DNA of 34,882 nucleotides from a bacterium (GTDB lineage: Bacteria > Acidobacteriota > Blastocatellia > HR10): NCBI GenBank assembly GCA_041640655.1, contig JBEPZV010000028.1:1-34882 (forward strand), in the 5' to 3' direction. The translations under genes and the position numbers were made by a program. The notes under the pieces are model-generated. The model saw only the letters and a program-made list of their open reading frames with translations, did no database searches and was not told the DNA's origin. This document shows, in pieces, positions 18,924 to 28,480 of this stretch; the stretch's first letter is position 1; each line of letters begins with the position of its first letter.

Positions 18924-18936
18924 GCCTCACCGCAGC

Positions 18937-19656
18937 TCATGCGCCACGCTGACGGCGCCGCGTGGCGATCTCCTGACGAAGCGTCTCAAGAATATGGGCT
19001 CCGGGCGCGATCTCCTCCAGGCGCTTGAGCAGGGCTTCGGCTTCTTCTAACTCCCCCTTCTCGGTCAACGCCACGATGAGATTGTGCAAGGCCTGCGGAT
19101 GTTTCGGCTCCGCGGCGAGCGCCCGCCGATATTCGGCGATCGCGCGCTCCAGCTCGCGCGGCTGGCGCTTGTAGAAGGTGAGGCCATAGTCCGTGCGCAC
19201 GTTCACGTCGTCGGGGTTTCGAGCGAGCGCGCGCTCATACCAGCGCCCGGCCTCCCGGAAGTGCGCGTTCGCTTGAGGCACGTCCTGGTGCTGCAGATAA
19301 TGATCGCCGAGGTCGAAGTGGATATTCCCCAGTTGGACGAGCGTGTTGTAATCGTCCGGCCGAAGTGCGTTCGCCCGCTCGAAGTATGGCAACGCCTGCT
19401 CCAATCGGCCCGCGCGATAGAGCAGGGTCCCCGCCGTGATCTGCGCGTCGAAATTCTGCGGCTGCTCATCGGCTCGTCGCACCGACTGAGTGATCTCGCT
19501 CTCGCTCGGACCGATCGGGGGGTGTCCCGGAGGCAATTGTCCCGTCATGGTCGGTGAGGGGGACGGGGCGTTCGCCCGATTGTAGTGGTTCGCGTAGAAG
19601 AAGCCCGCGATGAAGCCGATCAGAAGCCCGATGATCCCGAAATAGAGGTTTCGCAT
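18937..19656 (-). CDS. Membrane-anchored TPR protein
   Basis: GGAGG precedes MRNLYFGIIGLLIGFIAGFFYAN, followed by LPPGHPPI and TPR repeats. The upstream half of the tracked ORF is antisense to the cupin gene. Confidence 0.88.
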   Translation of the reverse strand: MRNLYFGIIGLLIGFIAGFFYANHYNRANAPSPSPTMTGQLPPGHPPIGPSESEITQSVRRADEQPQNFDAQITAGTLLYRAGRLEQALPYFERANALRPDDYNTLVQLGNIHFDLGDHYLQHQDVPQANAHFREAGRWYERALARNPDDVNVRTDYGLTFYKRQPRELERAIAEYRRALAAEPKHPQALHNLIVALTEKGELEEAEALLKRLEEIAPGAHILETLRQEIATRRRQRGA

Positions 19657-19680
19657 CTCTGGTCTCCTCCAGAGCCGGGA

Positions 19681-19794
19681 ATTATACCGCTTGTGGGCGG
19701 CTTGGTGCCACCGCTCCCGGCGTCGGCATCTGAGTGAGGGGGCATTCGCGGGAGCGCGAGAGCGGTTCGCTCCCTCGGCGCCCCGGTGTACAAT
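19681..19794. promoter_or_regulatory. Divergent -10 boxes
   Basis: TATAAT on the minus strand (19681-19686) and TACAAT on the plus strand (19789-19794) in a GC-rich intergenic region. No clear -35 boxes. Confidence 0.5.
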
Positions 19795-19839
19795 TACCCT
19801 CTCTCGCGAGGATGCTGGAGACTGCGAAAGGAGCGGGCT

Positions 19840-20295
19840 ATGATCGAGGGAGTCCGAGTGAAACCACTGCGCATGATCCCCGATGAACGGGGACGTTTGA
19901 TGGAGCTGCTGCGCGCCGACGATGAGCTCTTCATCAAATTCGGGCAGGTGTACATGACGACCGTCTATCCCGGCGTGGTGAAGGCGTGGCACTATCACAA
20001 GAAGCAGTACGACAACTTCGTGGCCGTTCGTGGGATGATCAAGCTCGTGCTCTACGATGCGCGCGAGGATTCGCCCACGCGGGGGGAGATCAACGAATTC
20101 TTCATCGGCGACTGGAATCCCCAATTGGTGCAGATTCCGCCTGGCGTCTATCACGGCTTCAAGTGCATCAGCGAGACGGAAGCCATCGTCATCAACATTC
20201 CGACGGAGGTATACGACTACGCCCAGCCGGACGAGTATCGCCTTGATCCGCACACGGGAGGCATTCCTTATGATTGGGCGAGGAAGGATGGGTGA
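19840..20295 (+). CDS. dTDP-4-dehydrorhamnose 3,5-epimerase family (RfbC/RmlC-like cupin)
   Basis: IPDERGRLMEL, GVVKAWHYH, LYDAREDSPTRG and IPPGVYHGF motifs. AAGGAG precedes ATG 19840. Confidence 0.9.
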   Translation: MIEGVRVKPLRMIPDERGRLMELLRADDELFIKFGQVYMTTVYPGVVKAWHYHKKQYDNFVAVRGMIKLVLYDAREDSPTRGEINEFFIGDWNPQLVQIPPGVYHGFKCISETEAIVINIPTEVYDYAQPDEYRLDPHTGGIPYDWARKDG

Positions 20296-23278
20296 GGCGC
20301 GCGGGAGGAGGCACCTCCTCGGCGCGTTGGGGCTCGTGGGGGCCATGCTCCTCGGCCTTTCGAGCAATGTGATGGCGCAGGCCGGGCGACGGCGTCAACC
20401 GCCACCCCCCCTTCCCAAGGCCGAGCAGAAGCGGACGCCGCCGACGGAGGAGAAGGCCGCGGCTGCTCCAGTGGTGAAAAAGGGTGCGGAGATCATCGAA
20501 GAGCTGAACCTGCCGGAGCAGGCGACGACGCGGGTGCGATTGCGCAATGGCCTGACGCTTATTGTGCGCGAGCGGTATCGGTTTCCGCTCGTCGGCATCG
20601 TCGTCGTCGTGAAGACGGGTCGCTTGGCCGAACCACCGGGGATCGCTCGGCTTGTCGGGAGGCTCGTGTTCCAGGGGACTCTATCGCGCCCGGGCCTTCG
20701 ACCGCTTGAGGACATGCGCGCGCTCGGCGGCGAGCTGGTCGTCGAGGAGCATCTGGATCGAACGTACTTTCGGGTGACCGTTCCGGCCGAGCGCGTCCGG
20801 CAGGCGCTCGACATCCTCGCGGATGGGCTTCAACATCCCGCGTTTGATGAAGCGACCATGCGGCAGGAGATCGAGCGGCTCCTTCACGAGGAGCAGGTGC
20901 GAGACGATCAGCCCGAACGGTTCGCGCGCGAGCGCGCGCGGGCACTCGCCTGGGGGGAACAGCATCGTGGATTCCGTCCGCTCCGCGAGCAGGAGGGGGC
21001 GCTGCGCGCGCTCACGCGCGATATGCTCGTGGATTTCCATCGGCAGCACTATCGCGGTGAGAAGATGGTGATCGCCCTGGTAGGCGCTGTCAACACGCCC
21101 GAGGTCCTGGAGCACGCGCAGCACCTCTTCGGGGATCTCCCCTCTGTCGAGAAGGAGGCCGTTCCCGAAGCGCAGAAGCCGGCAGACGGCGGGGCAGCCC
21201 CATCACCCGTATCTGCACGTGTGGTCGCGCAGGAGGCGCCTCAGGCGACGGGGCCATCGGTTCCGAACGTGCGATACGGTTTCGATCAGGGGGATCTCGG
21301 GGTCGCGGTGCTCACAATCCTGCACGAGATTCCGGAAGCGCTCGTCTCTGGCGATCCGAAGGGGGATTGGCGCCCCCTGCTTCACCTGTTGGCGGCGGCT
21401 TTGGCGCAGGGACGTGCTTCGCGAAGTGCGCTCAGTGTGCGCGAGGATCGGCGAATCGCGGCCGAAGTGACGGCTGAACCTCTGATGGTGGAGAGCGGCG
21501 GCGCGCTTCTCGTCCAATGGCGCGTGGATCCGGCCGATCGGGAGCGCGTCCTGTGGGCGTACCTGGAAGAGGTTGGGCGGCTGCGGCGCTTACGGCTCTC
21601 GCCCGGGGAACTGCAGCGCGCGCGCTCGCTCGTGGAGCGGCAGGGGCTCCAGCGTACGATGACATATGTTGGTGAGGCCGAGCAGCTGGCTGTGATGGAA
21701 GCAGATTCCGGCGACTTTCGCCTCGCCGACCAGTGGATCGCTCGACTGAATGAGATCACTGCGGAGCAACTGCGCGCATTCGCCGAGCGTTGCCTTTACA
21801 TCGGTCAGATGACGCTCCACGAATATCTGCCTCCGGAGATCGCTCCCCTGCCGAGCGGGACCGAGCTCGCGGCTCGGATCGCAGCGCGCGTTCCCGACCT
21901 GACGGAGCGGGAAGTTCCGGCGGATCGCGTCGCTCAGTCCCCCGAGATCTCGATGGCGCCGCCGGGGAGCCGTCGCGGGCACGAAGGCGAAGGTGAGGCT
22001 GTCGTCTTCTCCCTCCAACCGGAGCCGCTGCGCGACTTCTCCGTGTTCGAAGGGCCACGCGCATTCGTGCGAGAGGATCGGTCGCGCCCGATCCTGAGCA
22101 TCGGCGTCTTCTTCCAGGGCGGGCGAGTGGCCGAGACCTCGACGACGGCGGGTCTGACCGAGCTGATGTTGCGCGCGGTGCTCCGGGGCGCGCGCGGTCG
22201 CCCGCCGCTCTCGGCGGTGGAAGCGGCCATGCGTCTGGAGCAATGGGGCGCCGATGTCGCGCTCGTCAATGCGCCCGACTTCTTCGGATATGTGCTCACG
22301 GTTCCCTCGCGGAATCAGGATCACGCGCTGCGGCTGCTGCTGGAGTTGCTGGAGCGACCGGCTCTGGCCGATGAGGAGATTCGTCTGGAGCAGGCGCGCC
22401 TGCTGTTGGCGCTGCGCGCGCGACGCGCGGATCCCATCCGGCGGGCTCGCGATTTGGCCGCGCGCGCCCTCTATGGAGAGACGCCCTACGGGAGGCCGCC
22501 CGAAGGCGAGGAGGATGCGGTGCGCGCGCTCACGCCCGAGCAGGTGCGCGCTTGGTATGCGCAGACGATCGCGCGGCAGTTCCCCCTCATCCTCATCGTC
22601 GGGGACACGGACGGATCGGCGTTGATCTCGAATATCGTCGCGCGGGAAGTTCGCCGTCAGGACGTGGCCCGCGTGGTTCACGCCGCGTTGCCGAAGCCTT
22701 CGACGGAGGCGCGCTCGCTCGCGGAGGAGATGGGGGCGCGCGCCGTCGTTCAAACATTCGCATGGCCTGGGCCGTCGAGCCCGAATGAGGACGAGGCGGC
22801 GCTTCGCGTGTGGCGCGCGCATCTGGCCGGATGGGGAGGCGAGCTGTGGCGAGCGCTTCCCTCGGCGGCGTCTGTGCTCGAGGTCAGCGTGGAGCCGCGC
22901 CGGCTCGGCGGGATGATCGCCCTCACGATCGCAACCGCGCCTGAGCATGCAGCGCGCACGCAGCAGAGCGTTGAGCACGTCCTGATGCAGCTGGCTAAGA
23001 ACGCGCTCGGCGAGGATGCGCTGCGCCGCGCCGTCCAGCGCGCCCTCGTGGAGCAGGTCGAGCTTCTCGAGGATCATGCGGCGCTCTTGCTCGCCTACGC
23101 GCGGGAGTTCTTCATGTCGGCGCGTCCTCAGCAGGTCGAGCAGGTCACGTCGAAGCTGCGAGCGGTGACGCCCGCTGATCTCCAGCGCGTGACCGCGACG
23201 TACGCCTCGCTCTCGCGCGTGGCCATCGGCCGCGTGCGCGTTCGGGCTCGGGGCGGAGGAGCGGAGCGCATCCCTTGA
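20288..23278 (+). CDS. Exported M16 (pitrilysin/insulinase) family protein, predicted catalytically inactive
   Basis: Signal peptide, RLRNGLTLIV, two M16 halves (DFHRQHYRGEKMVIALVG; LYGETPYGRP). The HxxEH position reads RLVGR. The start overlaps the cupin stop. Confidence 0.85.
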   Translation: MGEARGRRHLLGALGLVGAMLLGLSSNVMAQAGRRRQPPPPLPKAEQKRTPPTEEKAAAAPVVKKGAEIIEELNLPEQATTRVRLRNGLTLIVRERYRFPLVGIVVVVKTGRLAEPPGIARLVGRLVFQGTLSRPGLRPLEDMRALGGELVVEEHLDRTYFRVTVPAERVRQALDILADGLQHPAFDEATMRQEIERLLHEEQVRDDQPERFARERARALAWGEQHRGFRPLREQEGALRALTRDMLVDFHRQHYRGEKMVIALVGAVNTPEVLEHAQHLFGDLPSVEKEAVPEAQKPADGGAAPSPVSARVVAQEAPQATGPSVPNVRYGFDQGDLGVAVLTILHEIPEALVSGDPKGDWRPLLHLLAAALAQGRASRSALSVREDRRIAAEVTAEPLMVESGGALLVQWRVDPADRERVLWAYLEEVGRLRRLRLSPGELQRARSLVERQGLQRTMTYVGEAEQLAVMEADSGDFRLADQWIARLNEITAEQLRAFAERCLYIGQMTLHEYLPPEIAPLPSGTELAARIAARVPDLTEREVPADRVAQSPEISMAPPGSRRGHEGEGEAVVFSLQPEPLRDFSVFEGPRAFVREDRSRPILSIGVFFQGGRVAETSTTAGLTELMLRAVLRGARGRPPLSAVEAAMRLEQWGADVALVNAPDFFGYVLTVPSRNQDHALRLLLELLERPALADEEIRLEQARLLLALRARRADPIRRARDLAARALYGETPYGRPPEGEEDAVRALTPEQVRAWYAQTIARQFPLILIVGDTDGSALISNIVAREVRRQDVARVVHAALPKPSTEARSLAEEMGARAVVQTFAWPGPSSPNEDEAALRVWRAHLAGWGGELWRALPSAASVLEVSVEPRRLGGMIALTIATAPEHAARTQQSVEHVLMQLAKNALGEDALRRAVQRALVEQVELLEDHAALLLAYAREFFMSARPQQVEQVTSKLRAVTPADLQRVTATYASLSRVAIGRVRVRARGGGAERIP

Positions 23279-23339
23279 CCCGCGCAGGCGTGGGTGCTTT
23301 AATCCGCGTCTCGGCAGTCACCGCAGGCGAGGAGGGGAG

Positions 23340-24050
23340 ATGGAGACGACACATTTCGCCTTGATGCTGGTTCTCGGATTCGTCTCCGGGATGCGGCACG
23401 CCTTGGATCCGGATCATGTCGCGGCGGTCTCGACGATTGTGGCCGAGCATCGTGATCTCTGGCGCTCCTCGCGCATCGGCGCGTTCTGGGGCGTGGGGCA
23501 TACGGTGACGTTGGCCGCCGCTGGGATCATCGTGCTGGCCTTCAAGCTCGTGATCCCCGAGCGGCTCGCCGCCGGTTTTGAACTCGCCGTCGGCGCGATG
23601 CTCGTCGTCCTGGGCGGACAGATCCTCTGGCGCGTCGTGCGCGATCGCCTTCATATTCACACCCATGAGCATGGAGGGGAGCGACACATCCACTTGCACT
23701 CGCACCGGCATGGTCCCGATCATCACCATGCGCACGGTGGGCGCTATGAGCGTCGTTCGCTCGTGGTCGGTATGGTGCATGGCCTGGCGGGCAGCGCCCC
23801 GCTCACCGTCCTCGTGCTCTCCTCCATGCGATCGCTCGCCCAGGGCCTCCTCTATCTGGTGATGTTCGGGATCGGTTCGATCGCGGGCATGGTGCTCATC
23901 AGCACGCTCATCGGTTCGCCGTTCGCCTATACGGCCTGGCGGTTCGAGCGCGCGAATCGTGTGCTGCGCGTCTTGGCTGGGCTGGCGAGCCTCGGCATCG
24001 GCCTCGCCATCATCTACGAGATGGGATTTCGCTCGGGGCTCTGGTCGTGA
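23340..24050 (+). CDS. UreH/NiCoT-like nickel/cobalt permease
   Basis: GMRHALDPDHVAAV, WGVGH, a His-rich loop, GMVHGLAGS and about 6 TM helices. Confidence 0.88.
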   Translation: METTHFALMLVLGFVSGMRHALDPDHVAAVSTIVAEHRDLWRSSRIGAFWGVGHTVTLAAAGIIVLAFKLVIPERLAAGFELAVGAMLVVLGGQILWRVVRDRLHIHTHEHGGERHIHLHSHRHGPDHHHAHGGRYERRSLVVGMVHGLAGSAPLTVLVLSSMRSLAQGLLYLVMFGIGSIAGMVLISTLIGSPFAYTAWRFERANRVLRVLAGLASLGIGLAIIYEMGFRSGLWS

Positions 24051-24077
24051 TGATGCCCCTCTTTTCGGGAGGAGGAG

Positions 24078-26330
24078 ATGAGGTCCACAGGCCCACGCTT
24101 CAAGCCGCTGGGAGCGACAGCGCTGGCGCTGTCACTTACTCTCGGTGGCGCCTGGGGGAGCGAGCGCTCTCAAGAGCGGGCGCTCACGGTCGAGCGCATC
24201 TACCGTCCGCCGAGTTTGAGCGGTCGGGTGCCGGCCAATGTGCGATGGTCGCCCGATGGGCGCTGGGTCACGTTCCTGGCCAGTAGCGCGGGAACCGAAG
24301 TCATGGACCTGTGGGGATACGACGTGGCCCGCCGAGAACGCGTGTTGCTTCTGAAGGCCGAAGCGCTGGTGTCAGGCGAGCCGCGCATCTCGCCCGAGGA
24401 AGAAGCCCTGCGCGAGCGCTTGCGAGTGACGTTCACAGGGATCACGAGCTATTTTTGGTCGCCCTCGGGCGCACATATCTTCATCCCCATCAGCGGCGAG
24501 TTCTATCTTTACGAATGGGCGACGCGACGCCTCGCGCGGTTACTCCCCCGCGATCTCTCCCGATTCGATCCGCAATATTCCCCCGACGGGCGCTTCATCG
24601 CCTATGTCAAGCGCAACAACCTCTTCCTCGTGGATGTGTCGAGCGGTCAGGAGCGACAGCTCACGTTCGACGGGACGGAGGACGTGCAGAACGGCGTGAG
24701 CGAGTACGTCGCTCAGGAAGAGATGGATCGCTTCACGGGCTACTGGTGGTCGCCCGATGGGCGGCGCATCGCCTATCTGCAAGTGGACAATCGTCCGGTG
24801 AGGGATTTTCACATTCCGGATTATCGGTCGAACTCCGTGGAGATCGAGAGGCAGAAGTATCCGAAGGCGGGCGATCCGAATGCCATCGTGCGCGTGGGCG
24901 TGCTCTCACTGGAGGAGGGCAGGACGGTATGGATGGACACGGGGCCGGAGACGGACATCTACATCCCTCGCGTCCACTGGCTCCCGGATGGTCGGACCTT
25001 GAGCATTCAGATTCAGAGTCGAGATCAAGATCGGCTGAGCCTCTATCTCTTCGACGCGACGACGGGGAAGGGGCGACTCGTCCTCACGGAGGTGGAACCG
25101 GGATGGGTGAATCTGCACGATCATCTCTATTTCTTCAAAGATGGCCGGCACGTCCTCTGGTCGTCGGAACGCACGGGCTTTCGCCATCTCTATCTCTACG
25201 ACATCGAAGGGCGGCTTGTGCGGCAGCTCACCCATGGGGAATGGCAGGTGGAGGCGCTCTGCGGCGTGGATGAAGCGCGAGGCGTCGTCTATTTCACGGC
25301 GACGGAGAAGAGTCCCCTGGAGCGCCATCTCTATCGCGTCGCGCTGGATGGGACGGGATTGACGCGGCTCTCGACCGAGGAGGGGTGGCACGTGATCACT
25401 TTCTCCCCGACGTTCGAATACTATCTCGACATCTACTCGAACATCACGACGCCTCCGCGGCTCAGCCTTCATCGCGCCGATGGCGCGCGTGTGGCGTATA
25501 TCGAGGAGAACGTCGTCGAGGAGTTGCAGGAGTATGCGCTCGGTCCCGTCGAATTCCTCACGGTGCGGGCCGAGGACGGGACGCCATTGCCGGCCATGAT
25601 GATCAAGCCGAAGGGGTTCGATCCCCGGAGGCGGTATCCCGTCATCGTCTACGTCTACGGGGGACCGCGCGCGCAAGTGGTAGTCAATCGGTGGGGCGGG
25701 GACCGGTTCCTCTGGCATCAGCTCATGGCTCAGCGCGGATTCCTCATCTTCAGCCTGGACAATCGCGGCTCGTGGGGGAGAGGGAAAGCGTGGGAGCTGA
25801 AGATCCATCGGCGGCTCGGATATTGGGAGGTGAAGGATCAGCTCGCGGGCGTCGCGTATCTGAAGTCGCTCCCTTATGTGGACCCGCAGCGGATCGGCAT
25901 TTGGGGCTGGAGTTATGGGGGGTATATGACGCTCATGGCGCTCTTCACGGCGCCGGAGGTGTTCCGAACGGGGATCGCCGTGGCTCCGGTGACCGACTGG
26001 CGAAACTACGACACGCACTACACGGAGCGATACCTCGAGCGCCCGCAGGAGAATCCCGAGGGGTATCGGCTCAGCTCGCCGATCACTTACGCTGCTCAGG
26101 TGAAGGTCCGATTCCTGCTCGTGCACGGTATGGCCGATGACAACGTGCACGTCCAGGATACGGTTCAGCTTGTGGATGCGCTCATCCGCGCGCGACGCCC
26201 CTTCGATCTGATGCTCTATCCTGGGGAGAAGCATGGCATCCGTGGCCCTGACGCGCGAATCCACCTCTTCACCCTAATGACCGACTATTTCCTGCGCCAT
26301 CTCGCTTCGCTGAAGGAGGGGGGATCATGA
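24078..26330 (+). CDS. Dipeptidyl peptidase IV (S9B family)
   Basis: Propeller motifs (WWSPDG, YPKAGDPN), nucleophile GWSYGG, HGMADDNVH and YPGEKHGI. Confidence 0.96.
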   Translation: MRSTGPRFKPLGATALALSLTLGGAWGSERSQERALTVERIYRPPSLSGRVPANVRWSPDGRWVTFLASSAGTEVMDLWGYDVARRERVLLLKAEALVSGEPRISPEEEALRERLRVTFTGITSYFWSPSGAHIFIPISGEFYLYEWATRRLARLLPRDLSRFDPQYSPDGRFIAYVKRNNLFLVDVSSGQERQLTFDGTEDVQNGVSEYVAQEEMDRFTGYWWSPDGRRIAYLQVDNRPVRDFHIPDYRSNSVEIERQKYPKAGDPNAIVRVGVLSLEEGRTVWMDTGPETDIYIPRVHWLPDGRTLSIQIQSRDQDRLSLYLFDATTGKGRLVLTEVEPGWVNLHDHLYFFKDGRHVLWSSERTGFRHLYLYDIEGRLVRQLTHGEWQVEALCGVDEARGVVYFTATEKSPLERHLYRVALDGTGLTRLSTEEGWHVITFSPTFEYYLDIYSNITTPPRLSLHRADGARVAYIEENVVEELQEYALGPVEFLTVRAEDGTPLPAMMIKPKGFDPRRRYPVIVYVYGGPRAQVVVNRWGGDRFLWHQLMAQRGFLIFSLDNRGSWGRGKAWELKIHRRLGYWEVKDQLAGVAYLKSLPYVDPQRIGIWGWSYGGYMTLMALFTAPEVFRTGIAVAPVTDWRNYDTHYTERYLERPQENPEGYRLSSPITYAAQVKVRFLLVHGMADDNVHVQDTVQLVDALIRARRPFDLMLYPGEKHGIRGPDARIHLFTLMTDYFLRHLASLKEGGS

Positions 26331-27247
26331 ACGCGCGGGACGTCGGGAGAGTGGGTCTGGTGTCCGGGCTCCTCATGCTTCTCTCTCCTGGGATGTGGCC
26401 GATGGCGCCTCCCTCGCAGGTCGCCGAGTCGGCTCCGATCCTCTCCGGATACGAGATCGTGCGGGTCTATCCGCATGATCCGGAGGCGTTCACGCAAGGC
26501 CTCGTGTACGATGGAGGATACCTCTACGAGAGCACGGGACTACATGGGCGATCCTCGCTGCGAAAGGTGGAGCTGGAGACGGGACGCGTCGTGAAGATTC
26601 ATCACCTTCCTCCGGAATTCTTCGGTGAAGGATTGACGCTCTGGCGGGACCACCTCATCCAGCTCACCTGGCACGAGCGCACGGGGTTCGTGTATGAGAA
26701 GGAGACGTTCCGTCTGCTCCGGACGTTCACCTACGCGACCGAGGGATGGGGACTCACCCACGATGGCCGGCATCTCATTCGGAGCGATGGGACGGCGACG
26801 CTTTATTTTCTGGACCCGGAGACGTTCCACGAGGTGCGGCGCCTGCAGGTGCATGACCGCGGCCGACCCGTGCGGTTCTTGAACGAACTGGAATACGTGC
26901 GGGGGGAGATCTACGCGAACGTGTGGCAGACGGAATGCATCGCGCGCATCTCGCCGCGGACGGGGCGCGTCCTGGGCTGGATTGATCTCACCGGACTGCT
27001 GAGCCCGGAGGATCGCGCGCGTCCGGTGGATGTGCTCAACGGCATCGCGTATGACGCCGAGCGCGATCGGCTCTTCGTGACGGGCAAGCTGTGGCCGAAG
27101 CTCTTCGAGATCCGCGTGACGAAACAGATCGTTTCGTCACGCGATGGTCGGGTCAGGTGTTCGCTTCCCGGGGAGGAGGTGCCCCATGCCGCGCATCGTC
27201 TCTCTGATCGCGAGCGCGACGGAGATCATCTGCGCGCTCGGTTTTGA
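26327..27247 (+). CDS. Glutaminyl-peptide cyclotransferase (plant/bacterial beta-propeller type)
   Basis: YPHDPEAFTQGL, ESTGLHG, FGEGL, QLTW, EGWGLT, LNELE, ANVW, VLNGIAYD and VTGKLWP motifs. ATGA overlap with DPP-IV. Confidence 0.95.
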   Translation: MNARDVGRVGLVSGLLMLLSPGMWPMAPPSQVAESAPILSGYEIVRVYPHDPEAFTQGLVYDGGYLYESTGLHGRSSLRKVELETGRVVKIHHLPPEFFGEGLTLWRDHLIQLTWHERTGFVYEKETFRLLRTFTYATEGWGLTHDGRHLIRSDGTATLYFLDPETFHEVRRLQVHDRGRPVRFLNELEYVRGEIYANVWQTECIARISPRTGRVLGWIDLTGLLSPEDRARPVDVLNGIAYDAERDRLFVTGKLWPKLFEIRVTKQIVSSRDGRVRCSLPGEEVPHAAHRLSDRERDGDHLRARF

Positions 27248-28106
27248 AGAGCATCTGGTCGGGCGGTCGCACGAATGCGATTACCCGGAATCGGTCCGAC
27301 GATTGCCCGCGTGCACGGAGCCGAAGTTCCCCGTCGAAGGGTGGAGCTATGAGATTGACGAGCGGGTGAAGGCGATCGTGCAGGAGGGCCTCTCGGTCTA
27401 TCGCGTGCACGGGGAACGCCTGCGCGCGCTGCGCCCCGATGTGATCGTGACGCAATCGCAATGCGTCGTGTGCGCCGTCAGCGTGAACGCGGTCGAAGAA
27501 GCCGTGCGGGAGTGGCTCGACCACCCGGTGCGCGTGGTCTCCTTGGAGCCGAATGCTCTGGCCGATGTGTGGGAGAGCATTCGACAGGTCGCGCAGGCCC
27601 TGGGCGTCCCTGAGCGGGGAGAGGAGTTGATCGTCATATTGCGCCGTCGGATGGCGGAGATCGCTGAGACGGCGCGCGCGCTCTCTCCCAAACCCACGGT
27701 CGCGTACATCGAATGGATCGAGCCGCTCATGGCCGGGGGGAATTGGATGCCGGAGCTCATCGAGATGGCCGGTGGGGTGAATCTCTTTGGCGAAGCGGGT
27801 CGTCACGCCCCTTGGTTGAAATGGGAGGACGTGGTGGCGAAGGACCCGGAGGTGATCGTCATCGCGCCCTGCGGGTTCGATATCGCGCGCACGCGTCGGG
27901 AGATGCCCCTCCTCACGCGGCGGCGCGAGTGGCCGCAGCTTCGCGCCGTGCGCGAGGGTCGCGTCATCATCGCCGATGGGAATCAATTCTTCAATCGGCC
28001 GGGACCGCGCTTGGTCGAATCCCTGGAGATTTTGGCCGAGGCCCTGCATCCGACGATCTTTCGATTCGGTCATGAGGGGAGCGGTTGGGAGCGATGGGCG
28101 GAATGA
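27186..28106 (+). CDS. BtuF-like cobalamin/Fe-siderophore substrate-binding protein
   Basis: RIVSLIASATEI, VGRSHECDYP, LRPDVIVTQ, PCGF and FFNRPGPRLVESLEILA. GGAGGT precedes ATG 27186. No signal peptide is visible. Confidence 0.88.
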   Translation: MPRIVSLIASATEIICALGFEEHLVGRSHECDYPESVRRLPACTEPKFPVEGWSYEIDERVKAIVQEGLSVYRVHGERLRALRPDVIVTQSQCVVCAVSVNAVEEAVREWLDHPVRVVSLEPNALADVWESIRQVAQALGVPERGEELIVILRRRMAEIAETARALSPKPTVAYIEWIEPLMAGGNWMPELIEMAGGVNLFGEAGRHAPWLKWEDVVAKDPEVIVIAPCGFDIARTRREMPLLTRRREWPQLRAVREGRVIIADGNQFFNRPGPRLVESLEILAEALHPTIFRFGHEGSGWERWAE

Positions 28107-28117
28107 GTCGCCTCAGG

Positions 28118-28480
28118 CAAGCCTCCCGAAGCGAACGACCGGATTCAGCTCGGGGTGAGCGAGAGCGAACTCACGTTATGAGACTGACCCACTTCCGCAC
28201 GCGAGCCCGCGCACGGGCGACCGAAAGTGCTCGGGATGAGCGAAGTGAACCCACGTTATGAGCCCCACTCTCTTCTGCACGCGAGCCCCCGAAGGGGGCG
28301 ACCGAATGTAGCCTGGGGCGAGCGGAGCGAGCCCTAGGGAGGAGGAAGCCCCAACCCCATTTCACGCCCGTGTGAGCGGGCGGCCCATGCGGAGGCAAAA
28401 CGTCACGTCGTCCGCACGAACGCGGCGTGTGACCGCGCGGATGGACCGCCCCCTTCGGGTCCTAGGGCTCGCCCCAGGCG
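28118..28480. repeat. REP-like array of about 3.3 degenerate 82-nt tandem units plus a partial inverted copy
   Basis: CGACC anchors at 28136, 28218 and 28299; CACGTTATGAG at 28172 and 28252; GCACGCGAGCCC at 28197 and 28277; a GTAG-prefixed hairpin at 28308-28338; inverted matches at 28447-28479. Confidence 0.8.

Noticed and set aside
19657..20367. N-terminal half of the tracked 476-aa ORF
   Set aside because: Antisense to the cupin gene and spans the divergent promoter. The TPR gene has its own SD and start at 19656.
21590..23077. 495-aa minus-strand ORF, and similar ones at 24906-26264, 27153-28073 and 10450-11511
   Set aside because: Shadows of well-supported plus-strand genes.
28118..28400. 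Possible CRISPR array
   Set aside because: Units are degenerate along their whole length, the would-be spacers resemble each other, and there are no cas genes.
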